The notes below the pieces were generated by a model. The model saw nothing but the letters and a program-made list of their open reading frames with translations, had not been told where the DNA came from and did no database searches. A DNA stretch of 64,000 bases from NCBI GenBank assembly GCA_040285855.1, contig JAUFOQ010000005.1, positions 1,178,001 to 1,242,000 on the forward strand. Direction: 5' to 3'. Positions 12,850-26,044 of the stretch are shown piece after piece (position 1 is the first letter of the stretch; each line of letters opens with the position of its first letter). Position numbers and translations under genes: made by a program. The DNA comes from Eukaryota sp. GEM-RC1 (lineage: Eukaryota).

Positions 12850-14110
12850 TTACTAGTTTTTGTCTTATGAAATCGCCTGTTGATAGGTGTTTTCTCGTAC
12901 TTTGTGTCATCTGTAATCTATCACACATCTTTCGATCTACAGCTGCTTCCAATCGCTATTGGTTTTTGTGGATCTTTTAATGAGTTGAGGATTCACTTTT
13001 TGCATCTTTGATAAAAGTTGTTTCAACGTTACTTAGAAGTCACTTGTTTACTTCTGCCCATTTTGGTGGTATTGATTTTACCAGATCGTCAATTCCTTGA
13101 TTTTGTTAATCAATTTCCTGATGATATTCACTTATTAACCCCAATTCGTGTAAATATTTATTTGACTTAAACGAAGTGTTGATCAAATTACCTTTTGACG
13201 TTTGGTCTCAATGTTTTCCCTGAATCTCTGTCTGAAGATGTTTGAGTAATCTTCAGTTACAAAAAAAATAACAACGGGAACTAACGGATATTTTTGAAAG
13301 CTTGCATTAAAATGTTCGACTTTGCATGCAAAAGAACAAAATCCCGCTTTTGGAAAAAATTAAATGAATGTTTCTAATAGCTCTGCTTCATGTCTAATTA
13401 CTCAAAGCCCTCAAGTTTACGGTCGTTTTCTTGATGAGAACTCTTGGTCAATAAAAAAACATGCGTTTACGGTCATTTATTTGGCCTGATGACCTTCCAC
13501 ATATTTAGAATGCCAATGTGGGCGATCTGTAACACCTACACATTTATAGAATTGTAACCGTTTTATTTCTTTTTAAAGTAAGGTTCATGATTCTGTAAGA
13601 GATCAATTATACTGTATGTGTAAATCATATCGAATAGTTTCCTTTTCGGAACCAGTTCTGGCTAGTTTGTTTGATGATACGGCTGTTGACAAATCGTTTG
13701 GGAATACCCGTGGTGATGTCATATTTCCTGGTCTCGATGGATCTTTCATTATTGCTCACGTTTTGTCTGTCGACGTTTGTAATGATTCCAACAAAAAACT
13801 TGCTAAATCTAATGCTAAAAACCATCTGTTGATTGGTGAAAAATTTAAAATGCAAATTTATTGTGCTAAATTGAAATTATTGAATTCGGTTTCTCACTTG
13901 AATTACGTGTTGTACCCTTTTGTCTTTTCACTGTACGGTTCTTTAGGTGAATCTTCAACCTCATTACTTGAAATCTTTCTGAAGATTGTAAAAGAGTAAA
14001 CATCTAGGACTTTTGATCTTAGACTTTGGAAAAATTGAATTGTGTTTGCTATCTTTAAAGGTATGGCGACTTCTGTATCCAACGCTTTTTTATCTCTTGG
14101 GTTAAAAATT
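12850..14110 (+). mobile_element. Degenerate RLE-type non-LTR retrotransposon (RT-thumb remnant, CCHC-type knuckle, RLE)
   Basis: HFGGIDF, CQCG..H..NC..HDSVRD, EP, RGDVIF, SVDVCN, YPFVFSLYG; many stops. Confidence 0.7.
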
Positions 14111-14411
14111 CCGAATAGGCGATTTGGACTGAGGATAGTGATTATAAGATGATTGTACACTGTAGTATTGTTGTCGATAAATATTTTATATCCAAAAAAA
14201 TATGTGAGTGTGGAAAATGTCGTAATAATTGTGGCTATCGCTCTAATATACAACATCTCAGGGATCTTCCTGAATGTTGCACAATCTTAAAAGGAACTTA
14301 TTTTTCAAGAACAGTAACACCTTATGGTCTGATGTTTTAATGCAACCAATGTGACATGCGTTTCACACCACAGCGGAGACATTGAATTCACAAAACTTAA
14401 TTCCTTCACTT

Positions 14412-15427
14412 ATGACTGATCAACCCCAAAATGATGATTACTACTGGAACAGCTACTCAAGTTTCCATATTCATGAAGAAATGCTTAACGATAGTATCCG
14501 TACGAAATCTTACATGAAATGGTGTTATCGAAACAAAGATCTTTTCAAAGACAAAGTAGTTCTTGATGTTGGTTGTGGAACTGGTATACTGTCTCTTTTC
14601 TGTGCTAAAGCTGGTGCTCGTAAAGTCTATGCTGTCGATGCATCCGGAATCGTGCACACTGCTCGTCGTATTGTTGCCTTAAACAATATGTCTGAAATCA
14701 TTGAAGTCATTGAGGGGAAGATCGAAGACATTTACATCCCAGAACAAGCCGATATCATAATATCAGAATGGATGGGCTACTGTCTCTACTATGAATCTAT
14801 GCTTACTTCTGTCCTTATTGCCAGAGACCGCTTCCTTAAAGAAGGTGGAATCATGGCCCCTAATCTCACAGTTATGAAGATCTGTGGTATTGAAGATGCT
14901 GAGTTCAAGGAAGACAAGCTAGACTTCTGGCATAACGTGTACGGGTTTGACTTTTCTATAATGAAAGACCAAGTTAAACTCGAACCTCTGGTGGACTATG
15001 CTCCCGGTGATAGTATTGTTACTGACTTTTGCACCATTGATGAGTGCGATATTGATAAGGTCAAGATTGAAGAGAGTGGACGTTTCTGCTCTCCTTTTAC
15101 TATAACAGCGCAACGTGACGATGTTGTTCATGCACTAGTTGTTCATTTTGATGTTGGTTTTACCCATGGCCATTCACTGTGGTTCAGTACCGGCCCTGAT
15201 TGCCCTCCCACCCATTGGAAACAGGTGTGTTATTTGTAGTTGCCTAATTTCAGACAGTATTCTATTTGGATCAAGATGTAGTGATTTATGAAGGGGAACA
15301 AATCACTGGTACTGTTGAGTTGTATCCTAATGCCCATAATCCTAGAGAGTTGGACATTAAGTTGCATTACAAGTATGAGGGTCGTGGACAAGCAGTTGAT
15401 AAGAATCAATTCTTTAGACTCCAATAG
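14412..15427 (+). CDS. PRMT1: Type I protein arginine methyltransferase
   Basis: YYWNSY, HEEML.D, VLDVGCGTG, IISEWMGY, THW loop. A 29-nt intron (15225-15253) restores WKQ|TVFYL; stop TAG 15425-15427. Confidence 0.92.
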
Positions 15428-15587
15428 TTTTTCTTTAGTTGACATTATTTGTCTGGAAACAATAGGATATTTTAAATTTATAATTTTTCCACTAACAATG
15501 TATGACACAAGACGATTCCAGATTATTTGCATTTAAAACCACAATGACAATGCATCTGTATCTAACTTAATTGATCACTTTGGTAAC

Positions 15588-17057
15588 TTAACTGGAGACT
15601 TTAATGGACTTTTTTAATCTAGGTAGCTTTGAAACAGGAGATCCTATTCCTGGCGATAACAGTTTCTTACCAGGACTCTTCAAGGAAGGAAGTGGAGGTG
15701 ACAATGGTAAGCAAGCCTTTGATTTGGGAAGTTTAAAAGGAGTACTTTGAGGTTCATCAGTTTCCGTTAGAGTGCTATCAATTACATGATCAAATTCGTT
15801 CTGTGATGATGGGTTTGATTGCAATTTCTTTTTAATCGTCATTGCATATTGATGAGGACCTTCAAAATGAAACTGACTCTTATTAACTCCAAACTTCTCT
15901 ATAGCGTAGTCCCTGCATGCAGGCTGGAAGTGATCTATACTTGCCTGCTTTGCGAGCTTCTGAGCAGCTTGATCAGAAAGTCCTCTGTTTCTTAGCGTCC
16001 GTAAAAGCAATTCCTTATTCATATAATGCCAAGGACATCCGTGGAAGGTTTGGTCGTAATCAGGTCTTGGTGTCGCGTGTAATAGTTGAAGACATGAAGG
16101 TGGGTCGCGTTGTTTTCCTCCTCCAACTGTTCCATATTGATGTCTAATGTTGTATGCATATTTCTCCTTTTTAAAATAACTATAAGTAACACTTCAAAAC
16201 TGCAGGGAATCTTCCAATCCGAAACCACAACCTTTCAAGCTTAAACTCAGGGAAAGCCGACCACTATTTTTTAGATGTCCAGTTTTTAACAGCTAACTCA
16301 TCATGACGTCCATACAGAGAGGAAGTCCGCCTTTACGGTGAAGATCTTCAATGTCAGAAACAGAGGATTTATAACTGGAGGAAGATGATGTGAAGGAGGT
16401 AGTTTCTATAACACGGATATAGTAGTCCGCAAGAAGTTTTGCTAGAGAGGAAATCTGTTCAGAAACAACACCATCCTTGTTGTTTGAACCTGTTTGATGT
16501 TGAGCTCGGAGGGCAGTTATGAAATTCCTTAATCGAAGCCGAAATACAGAGACTAGAGTAGTTAACAATTGGCTTTTCGTGAGATAAGCACGTCCTTGGT
16601 AAACAGTACAGTTGGTAAAATCACACTTTTCAATGGGAAGGGAGTACTGGCATAAAGGATCTTCAGAGAAGTAATGGTTAACTTCAACGAGGTCTAGGTC
16701 AGGAACTGACTTAGCCAGTTTTATCAGTTTTTCACTGTCAGAAAGATTTCTTATACGGTGGCGGAATAGAGAGCATTCAGAGTCAATGTAGATGTCAACC
16801 ACAGTTGGATTGTCTAAAGAAGAAACAGCATGTCGTAAGATGAAATGAGAGGCTCTATCGAAAACAGTGGACGGAGCAGGGAAGTCCTTTTCAACATCCT
16901 TTTTGGTGTGTATATCATTTAGGAAATGAATACGTGAACAACAAGAAGAAAGGAAACTCCCCACCTCTAAAGTGTCAGTGACACCATCAAGATAAAAAGG
17001 ATCGGTGTTTAACAAAGAAAAGTTGGAAGCATTTAAACGGGGGCAGAGAACATTCAT
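15588..17057 (-). CDS. PRIM2: DNA primase large subunit with two in-frame stops (recoded gene or pseudogene)
   Basis: One frame throughout: SHFILR, GRAYL, PLCM, HL..GR, LKG.G, YAYNIRHQYG, PPSC, HGCP, QPAC. TAG at 16293-16295 and TGA at 16194-16196. Confidence 0.85.
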
Positions 17058-17102
17058 AACTCAAAAAGCAAAACCTCAAAACATCTTCACAAGACATTCT
17101 TC

Positions 17103-17930
17103 ATGTCAAAACGACTAAATAATGCATCCGATTCAGACTCTAATGATGAGCTACCACAGAAAAAAATTCCTCGTACCTTAGATAATACCCGTGCTCCGGA
17201 ACTTACTTTCCTTGATCCAGAAGATGATAAAATTGCTGAACTCGATGCTCTCGATGAATTTGCACCTTATTTTGCTGGTAGAATACAGCCTAAAGTCCTA
17301 GTAACATCCACATTCCAACCGTCTCTCCTCACTAGACAGTTTCTCAATGAATTTTCTGAACTTGTCAAAGGTTCTTACTACAAGCGAGTCTCTCGTAGAG
17401 AAACAGTTACTGAAGTCTGCAACATGGCCTCCACCAACGGCTTCACCGACGTCGTCATTGTTTCAGACGCCAGGAAGCAACCGTATCTCTTCACACACAT
17501 CCATCTACCCTCTGGTCCCACGGCTGTCTACCGATTGACTAACTATATGCCCAGAAAGAAAGTTCCTAATCATGGTAAGCCTACAGATCATAGTCCTGAG
17601 GTAAACATGTCACATTTTACAACAAGGCTAGGACATCGAGTTTCAAGGATGCTGCATTGCTTGTTTCCTGTTGATTCTGATAATGCTGGTAGACAAGTTG
17701 CCACGTTTCACAATCAACGTGATTTTATATTTTTCAGATATTTCAGATATATTTTCGATATAGAAGGCAATGTTGATTCTACAAAGACTCGGATGCAAGA
17801 ACTTGGACCAAGATTTACCTTAAAGTTACGATGGATTCAACGGGGATTATTTGATCCAGTTAATGGTGAGTTTGAGTTTAAAAGAGACACCGCCCCAGAT
17901 GCTAAGAATAGAAGAAGATTCTTCCTTTAA
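17103..17930 (+). CDS. RPF1: Brix-domain ribosome production factor 1
   Basis: HLPSGPTA, FTTRLGHRV, TFHNQRDFIFFR, QELGPRFTLKL, terminal RRRFFL. Confidence 0.92.
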   Translation: MSKRLNNASDSDSNDELPQKKIPRTLDNTRAPELTFLDPEDDKIAELDALDEFAPYFAGRIQPKVLVTSTFQPSLLTRQFLNEFSELVKGSYYKRVSRRETVTEVCNMASTNGFTDVVIVSDARKQPYLFTHIHLPSGPTAVYRLTNYMPRKKVPNHGKPTDHSPEVNMSHFTTRLGHRVSRMLHCLFPVDSDNAGRQVATFHNQRDFIFFRYFRYIFDIEGNVDSTKTRMQELGPRFTLKLRWIQRGLFDPVNGEFEFKRDTAPDAKNRRRFFL

Positions 17931-18117
17931 TTTGGTGGTAGTAGTGTTTTAATAGTATTGGTTAGTTAGTTTTTTTTGATTCTGTTGGTTGTATTCCATA
18001 TGGAAAAGAGTGGTGGTGTCGAGTTTTTGTTTCTGTTGTTACTCGATATATATTTTATATTTAGTAGAAGAATATTACTCAATAAAGAGGGAAAAACACA
18101 GTCTTGAAATACAATAT

Positions 18118-21100
18118 TTATAAATCCATCAGTTTCTTCAAACAATCACCAACAAATGTAGGAACTCTAGTATCTGAGCTTTTAATTGCTACAATAGCTT
18201 TAGACCCGGTTAACTTGGTATGAACAAGGAACAAAACTTCTTCTTCGAGGTTTAGTTTGGAACTGGAAATAGCTTCAGCACCAGAGACATCAATAGCAGC
18301 AACACCAGTTTTAGACTCAAGATATTGCAACCATTTATGAGGATTTGTATCGTTAAAATCAACAGAAATCTTATGCACGTTTCTGATTGATGGCCACATC
18401 TTGCCAAATTGAGGAGTCGTGAGCTTTTCCTTGATTAGAATAGTGGAGAAGTCAAAAGAAATCTTTAGATTCACAGTCGCTGGAGTAACATCACCATAAC
18501 ACTTATAAACAGCCTTCAAAGCATTAACATTTCCCACTACTGACAAATCACGTGGACAAATGAAGAAATACACAGATTCACGAGGGGGAATAGACTTAAA
18601 GGTTAGTTTTGACCCATTAAAAGAGGCTTTTTGACTGTCAAACAGTAAAGAAAACCCATTTAAAGGTCCAAGTTGACAAGGGACAAGAGGTGTTGAGTGT
18701 TTGTTAGTGATTTTGATTAACTTTCCTTTCTGGGGTCCAGAGATGACGTCAACAAACCACACATCAATCACGTTATCAGAAGCCAATGACGTGCAATCAT
18801 TTTGATAGTCAACAACTCCTGCAGATTCAAGAAACTCTAATCTTGGAGTCACACTAGAAGCAGGTTCTTCCATATACCCACTCAAAAGGTCAAAATCACC
18901 TGCCCTTTTCGTTGATGAACTCGGAGTAGAGCTCAAATCCCCTAAATCACCCAACAAATCCAACTCATTCACTGCACTCGGTTCAACTGGAGTTACTGCC
19001 ACTCCCTCACTACCACTCTTAACCTTCTTCTTAGGTCTCCCAAACAGAGCACTAGCCAACTGCTGCTTCTCTTGAGACAACGCCTGATCCTTGACCAAGG
19101 ACTCACGCTGTCTTGCTGAGAACTTGACAGAAGAAGGAGCTTCCTGGATATGATGAGTGTTGTTAGACTCTAATCCCTTCATATCCTTAACTTCCTCCTT
19201 TGTCTCTTTCTCCTCAAACACAGGTTCTTCGTGATGGATCTGCTTCTTAATCAAACCCCCCTTACCCCACTTTCTGTTGATATTAGAGTCTACTAACTTA
19301 ACTTCCTTGGATTCTTCTTTAACAGGAGGTTTGGGTTGGGAAGAGAAGTTGTCAATGACTGGGAGAGGTTCAGGGGATCTGGACAAGTTCATCTCCGGTT
19401 CGTCATAGGCATCGAATCGTAGAGTGTTGTGGGAGACTGCGGAAGAGGCAGGTTTGACCCCCATTGTGATTAGACTTTCCCTTCTGGTGTAATCAATACG
19501 ATCTTCGGGTTGTTGGTAGTCAGTACCACCATGTTTGAGATCAGTATCAACTAATTGGGACAATGCTGTTTCAAAATCAACATCTTGAGTCATTTCAAAG
19601 AAAAACTCTCCTAAAATATCACTTAAACTTCCGGTCAATCTCACGAACTCCAAGGCTGATTGCTTGGCAGTGACATTAATCAATGTACTGTGAATTCCCA
19701 TAGAGATATCTGAAATAACATCTGACAGGGAAGGAAGAAGTAGAGAAGATCCATGCTTAGAGATTAGCTTTAAGGAGGCCAATATACACGAATTGACAAT
19801 GGTTGAACGGAGAAGGAAAATTGCAGGATCTGATGAAGAAATAGACTTTCTAATAAATGATTCCAACAAAGCCAGAGCACTCTTGGCTTTTTGAAGAGAA
19901 CAGTACTGGCCAAGAATGAAGGCGCAAAGGTTTACAATGGTCAGAGGACAGTTGCTGTCAGTGTTGATGAACAAATCAACAATAACATCAGCAGTCATTT
20001 GATCAAGGTCAGAATTCATCAACAAACTCGTTAGATTGACTGTCACGTGTTCGGGAACGTCACCATCAGAGGCAATGAAGAGCTCAACAATCTTTTCCAC
20101 GAACCAATCGATTGAGGAAGAGAATTGTTCAGCAAGACTAAGAACTTTTGAGACTAGCGAAGATCTCTTTTTAGTATTCATTGAACCAAAGTCATTAAGA
20201 TAGCTCAAAAATCTATCAATAATGACGTCAACATTCTCTTCATTTGCCATCTTATACATCAACTCTAGAGTGGTGGTGTGGATGGTTTCGTCTACAGAAT
20301 CTAAGCAGTTAAGGACAGAGACCTGATGCATGAGAGCAATGGAGGGCGTCTTCTTGACTAAACAACTCAGCATCTGAACTCCAATATATTTAAAATTTGG
20401 GGGATCTGCTTGTAGAAACTCAGTCACGACCTCGCTCAAGATATTGTAAAGTCCAACTATCCCATCGCTAAACTCCTCTTCGTCAAAGTTAGCTAAGATT
20501 CGACTAGCAGTCATAACAGCTTCAAACGTTATTGCAGCTCCTATATTAGAGGTAGTCTGACGTTTGATCAACACCTCAGTAACTACACCTGCGACTTCCT
20601 CAGCAGTCTCAGGATCATCTAAGGAGAGGTTGGAGAGGCAGCGGAGGACATGGGTTTGCATCCATGGATGGGGGAACTTGCGGTAGGAGTAGCCAACAGG
20701 GAACAGGTCATCAGAGACTTGGCGGAGAAGGGAGACTAGGGAGGGAACAGTGAAGCGGTAGAGATCAGGAGCATCTTTGGAGAGAGTGCAGAGAGCGAGG
20801 ACGGCTACACCAATTACAGAGGGGGACTTGTCAGCGAGGGCAGAGGGGAAGACCTTGAGGTGAGGGTTGACTGATTGGGGAGCACGTTCCAAGAAGGCGT
20901 GGAGACAGGAGAGGGCCTTTTGCGAACGAGAGGGAGTTTGTGATCAATGAGATTAGCAACCAAGTCAATTACAGCTGGAATCATTTCTGCTGGGAGGAGA
21001 CGACAAGCAGCGGCGAGAGCAAAAGCTATTACTAAGGGATTCTTGGATTTGAGGTCTCTTTGGAGTGAATTGACAAGAAGAACGAGAAGATCGTGATCAG

Positions 21101-21392
21101 GGTGGAGACAGAGGGAACAGACTAAGTAACCAAGACGCTTATGAATTAAAGAAGGAGACTGAGTGAGGTTGACAGCGTGGATATAACCAAAAGATGCATC
21201 ATAACCGAGCATTTCGGCATATGCCACTCTGAGGACAAGCTCAGATGCTTTCTTTGGTGTCATATCTCCAGTAGTCATGACACGTTTTAGAGTAAGTATT
21301 TCTGTCTTCATGATACGTTCTTCATCTTGCTTGAACCGGGAATCAGCAATCCCCTTGATTAAAGTGGTGAAGTCTTTTAATGAAGTGGCCAT
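18118..21392 (-). CDS. AP4E1: AP-4 complex epsilon adaptin (one homopolymer frameshift)
   Basis: EMLGYDASFGYIHAV and KRLGYL. Adding one A at 20918-20921 gives VRKKALSCLHAF. Appendage motif LTTPQFGKMW. Confidence 0.88.
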
Positions 21393-23090
21393 ATAAGAGG
21401 AAAAAAATTGTACAGTGGTTTTCACTTTGGTTGCATACTACTGTAGTATTGGTGGTAAAAATTTTCTCACCACTGTGAGTTGGTTTTTGGGTGCTTAACC
21501 TAAATTTCCACCCAACCAAGCAATTCTCTCCAACCAACCATTTCCATTTTCTGGTCAATCCCATATTTCTTCGTGGCTTCTTGTCATGCACCGCCTTTCC
21601 ACAACTACGAACAGCTTGTGGCAGGCTGCTTTACGCTCTTCACAATGAATGGCGATTTATACCTTGGGTCCTTTTGCACTCACTTCCCTAACTGTCTCTT
21701 GCGATGGACTAAGATCAAGTAAGCTGTAGTACATCTTGGATTGTCTCTGTTTATTAAACTGTAGAATGTTCATTCCTTATCGTTGTGAAGAGACTGGTTT
21801 ATGGATGTTGATGTGCCATAGTCGCTATTTCATGGCATCATCGTTTATAGTCCTAGGGTGTTTGTACGTGAAACATAGACCTTATTTAACAAGCAGGATA
21901 AGTTCTTTATCCACATCAACTATCCGCTGTTCATAGTTAGTTGTATAGAGAAAAGAACAAGAATAAAAGCCCAGCCTGCATAGCGGTCCTCATATACTGT
22001 ATGTCTCGTTTTCACAATTTGCCATCGTGTTTCAGAAACAAGTCGTCTTCGTAGATGACATGCAGAAAGGAACATGTATCAAGAATGTTTGGCATATGGA
22101 AACCAGTAAGTAACAAAAGGCCAAATAAGATCATGATGTTTATTGATATTGTTGAGCTTGTCACACAATGCAAGGTCGTTTTTTACGTGAAACTATAGAG
22201 ACTATTTGATCGACCTACTTAACAGTGGTCCTTTTGGGACTGATGGAATGAAAGGATCTCTTTTGATCAGGGGAGGTTGTGGAATACATCGCACAAATAC
22301 ATTCCATAAGGTTTGGGTCCTTCTGGGGAGTCATCAATGGTGTTACCCTCTACTGTTTTGATCTGAATCCATGGATGGAATGATTAGTGTATCAGCAAGA
22401 GAAGTGTTTAGTGTTTGGAACTGAAGCACAGATTGCCTGCAGAGAGAAGACGCATGTTGTAGGAGACATCAAATGTTTGGTTGGTAAATAGGTGGAAAGT
22501 GGGAGTTAAGAATCTCCCGTGAAATTCACAGCAGCCACATCTTTCACCAACCCAAATTTCCTTGGTTATCCATCAATGGGACTTACTTTTGAGATGCTAT
22601 TACAAGGAGTTGACTTAAAACAACTCAGTCAGTCAAGCTGACTCACTGAGCTTTGAGTCCGTCAGCTCGGGTCAGGCTCATTTGAATTATAAGTCTAGTC
22701 AAACTTGAAAATGTAGGCTTGACTCAGAAATGGTGACTTCTAGTTGGCTCATTTTAATAACCGTACAATGACCAAAACAAGAATTAATCTTACAGTATAA
22801 TAAACAGAGAGACATTAAGCTATATTCTAAACTGTGAAGACAAAAACCTACATATGATACAATCAAACACAATTAGATGATATTACTATTGGTGTTAAAT
22901 TCACAAACTATAGATGTTGACAAAGATAGCTAATACGCAGTGTTGCGCAATAACCAAAAATAAATTTGCCATACGCGTATGAATGTATGGGAGTCCATAT
23001 GTGTAAGACAAAGAAAGGCGCAACACTGCTAATACGTGTAGTACATACTGAATCTTGCTGTAATACTAAAAACTGTTGAACTGTCTCAAT

Positions 23091-24050
23091 TTAAGTCCAT
23101 AGACATTTATAACTTTGTGGTTTTGATAAAAGTATCATTCTGGAAATTGTGTCACCTGATCTAGACAACTTCAACCTAACCCAATCAGATGTATAAGTGG
23201 AAAACAGTCTCCCACTGCTAGTGGCAATAACTTCAGTTACTCTCAGTTTGGATTCAACAGTAATTCGAAAGAACAAACTAAGAAAACGAGATTGGGATGG
23301 GTTCATTGTTCTTGTGATGTCACCAGAATTTGAGTGTATAGTCAGCGTTGATTGAGTAAACGCAACCCAAAAATGTACCTCTGGCAGATAGATTGACTCA
23401 GTTCCAGTAACCAAACTTCCAAATTTCAGTAGAATGGGAAGAAAGACGCGGATGTTGTCAATGCTTGAGTTGGAAATTCCGTCCATAATTTGATAGGTGG
23501 ATTTCCAGCAGAGACCGAGAGAACATTGTTCAAAGTTTGCTGCAATGATATTAAAGCCACATTGCAACAATCTGTGAATCTTCAAGGAGTTCCTCAGTAG
23601 TAGAGGAAGCATGAGAAGTTGAACATCAAAGTCTGACAAAACAGTACATACCAGTAGATTATTGAGAAATTGAGTCTCGATTATTGGACTTGCTGGTAAC
23701 CCATGTTTCGTGCAATGTCTGATGAACTTCTTCTCTCTACTGAGCAGACTATGTGAGTTCAAGTCCTTCAGGGAGCAGAGATCATCAAGAAGTGAAGAAA
23801 AGAAGTCTGGGCCCACTTGACTAGAGTCATGTTCTGTTGATTGGTGATGTTCGTTAAGAAAGGAATAGAAGCCCATGACGTTTGAAGCAATTGAGTCACA
23901 TAACAGATGACGAGATATCCGGATGACAAGATGTCAGATGTCCAGAGCTGTTTCAACTTCTGGGACACGTTACGTCATTTTGTTTACTGTCAGTTAAAGA
24001 TTCATGCTATCAAGTGGGCATGCAGCTCAAGTTCGTCACTATTTACCAAG
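23091..24050 (-). pseudogene. Degenerate BTB/BACK-like gene
   Basis: Broken frames (23968-23768, 23876-23091) with LHAH..S..LW-like N-terminal remnants; weak. Confidence 0.3.
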
Positions 24051-24366
24051 GGCAAACTGCGTATATTCCTGGATTTGTTCAAAATTGTTGGTTAGTATCT
24101 ACTTCGCTACTAGCAGGGATCATCTACTGTACTGTAATTCTCTTTAGTTAATCGTAGGGTCATCCACTTCGCGCATTTTAATCCATATTTTAATGTTGAT
24201 GTTAATACAACTACCAATCTGTTACAAACCCATGTTTCTTTCCTGTGATGTCTCCTTAGCTCACAACACTTGGAATTATTCTACTTTTTTGTCTTAAAGT
24301 GTTGCTAAAGTTGATGTGGAATACAACATGCTTTTTTTATGAGAAAATCTCTAAATTAAAATGCAC

Positions 24367-25944
24367 TAGTGATGCGAAAAAATTAATTTAATTATAATTA
24401 ATTGAATTAATTCCCTGAGAATTAATCACTTCTAGATGCTTAAAATTATAATTCATTGATTGTTACACCTTGGAATTAAAATTAATTAACGGAAATTAGT
24501 AGAATTAATTATACAATTCCTTGTCAGCCATACTATGTTATCGTCTCAATATTCAACAGGAAAGCATGGTTCATTTTTGCGTGTGTCGAACCACGATCAT
24601 CTAGTGCATATGAGAACCTTACAAGTACCTAGATTGATAGTGTAACAGTGGAAACTTGTCAAACCTGGACTGCTAAATACCAGAACTGATGATATCATCA
24701 AATTTGCTTAGTGTACGAGATTCAAAACGCAAACAAACTCCAACACTGGACAATATAACTCGTTCCTGGTTTATTGTCATCATAATAGCATGTTATAGTA
24801 ACTATGAGAATCATTCAGTTCTCTAACGAAGCAATACTCCATCTCTGGAACCAGGGAGGACTAATAAATATTTAAATAAATATGATATTGTGATTCGATG
24901 AAAATAAATATTTAATCAGACTCCATGTTTTGCAATAAATATTGCAATATTTAAATATATAGGGATCTTAGTTGTGATGCCGTTTAGTAAGACAAAAATA
25001 CTGATCGACACAAACTTACTCATCATCACCGATGTCTACAACTTCGCCATCACCGCCTTTAGCTCTTCTTGTGTTAACAATGTATTCATCTGAAGGTAAG
25101 TCCTAATACTCGCGGTTTTCATGGAGAAACAGATGTTTATGAAGACTGTTTGGCTTAACAGAAGGACGACGATGGATTTCTAGCTTTAGTTCAGCTTTAC
25201 TAAAAGTCATGTGACTGTCACAGTTTCATGGTAAGATTTATGGAAATAAAGTCCAGATACTTGTTATTTCCCCTGACTTCTTGTTGTTTTTGGCTGACAG
25301 CAATGTGATTTTGAAACAATTGATAAATACATAAGGAACAACCTAATGTCGCTGAACAACTGCATTTCAGTTCAAATGTGTGTGTATTGTGCTCACCTCT
25401 AAGTGTTTGACTTCAATCATATATATTTAAATATTGGAATATCAGGCAATAAATATTGCACTTGCGAAACAGCAAAAATATATATTTTATTGCAATATTT
25501 ATGTAAATATTGCAATATAAATATATATTAGTCCTCCCTGTCTGGAACCTGTTTTTCCGTAGATGTAGTCAAATCAATTCTTTTAGGAACTGTCATGAGA
25601 CAACGGTACCAAATTCACTACCATTGACTTAAAATGGTAATTGTGATTGATAGTATGTTGTATGTTATCGTATTGCTACTAAAGAATTAATTGCAATTAA
25701 TTAATTTTAGGCCACATGAATTAAAATGTTTTATAGAAGCATTCCCAAGCATTTATGTTCCATTTATTCGAAGTTGTATAGGGACAATTCTCGTGTTGAT
25801 GTGGAGAATTTAACTTCTTTCATTTTCTGAATTAGCATGTATTAATTTGTTGTTGCAAATACACTCTCATGAATTAAAATAGGATATTAATTGAGGGTGG
25901 CAAGAATTATTAATTTAATTTAAATTCATTTCTTCGCATCGCTG
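24367..25944. mobile_element. hAT-type MITE (outer element, AATTAA-rich ends)
   Basis: TIR TAGTGATGCGAA / TTCGCATCGCTG. TSD AAATGCAC (24359-24366) / AGATGCAC (25945-25952). Confidence 0.75.
24852..25540. mobile_element. hAT-type MITE nested in the previous element
   Basis: Perfect TIR CAGGGAGGACTAATA / TATTAGTCCTCCCTG. Perfect TSD TCTGGAAC (24844-24851, 25541-25548). Confidence 0.92.
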
Positions 25945-26044
25945 AGATGCACGTGCTTGGGATAAATTAAATTGATAATACTGGTTAAATGTTTCTGGAT
26001 GTTACCCAATTTAATGCTCACAAATTAAAAGATAGCAAACAATC

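Noticed and set aside
16194..16295. Genome-wide stop-codon reassignment
   Set aside because: TAA (RPL8), TAG (PRMT1) and TGA (TK) all terminate genes at expected places, and other long ORFs have no internal stops.
16180..16297. Introns removing the PRIM2 stops (34-nt and 21-nt GT-AG candidates)
   Set aside because: They lack the CTHAYYWYAG end. The first shifts frame and deletes the conserved HL; the second removes the QF-W segment.
21950..22600. Coding-like minus-strand stretch
   Set aside because: Multiple stops and no recognisable motif.
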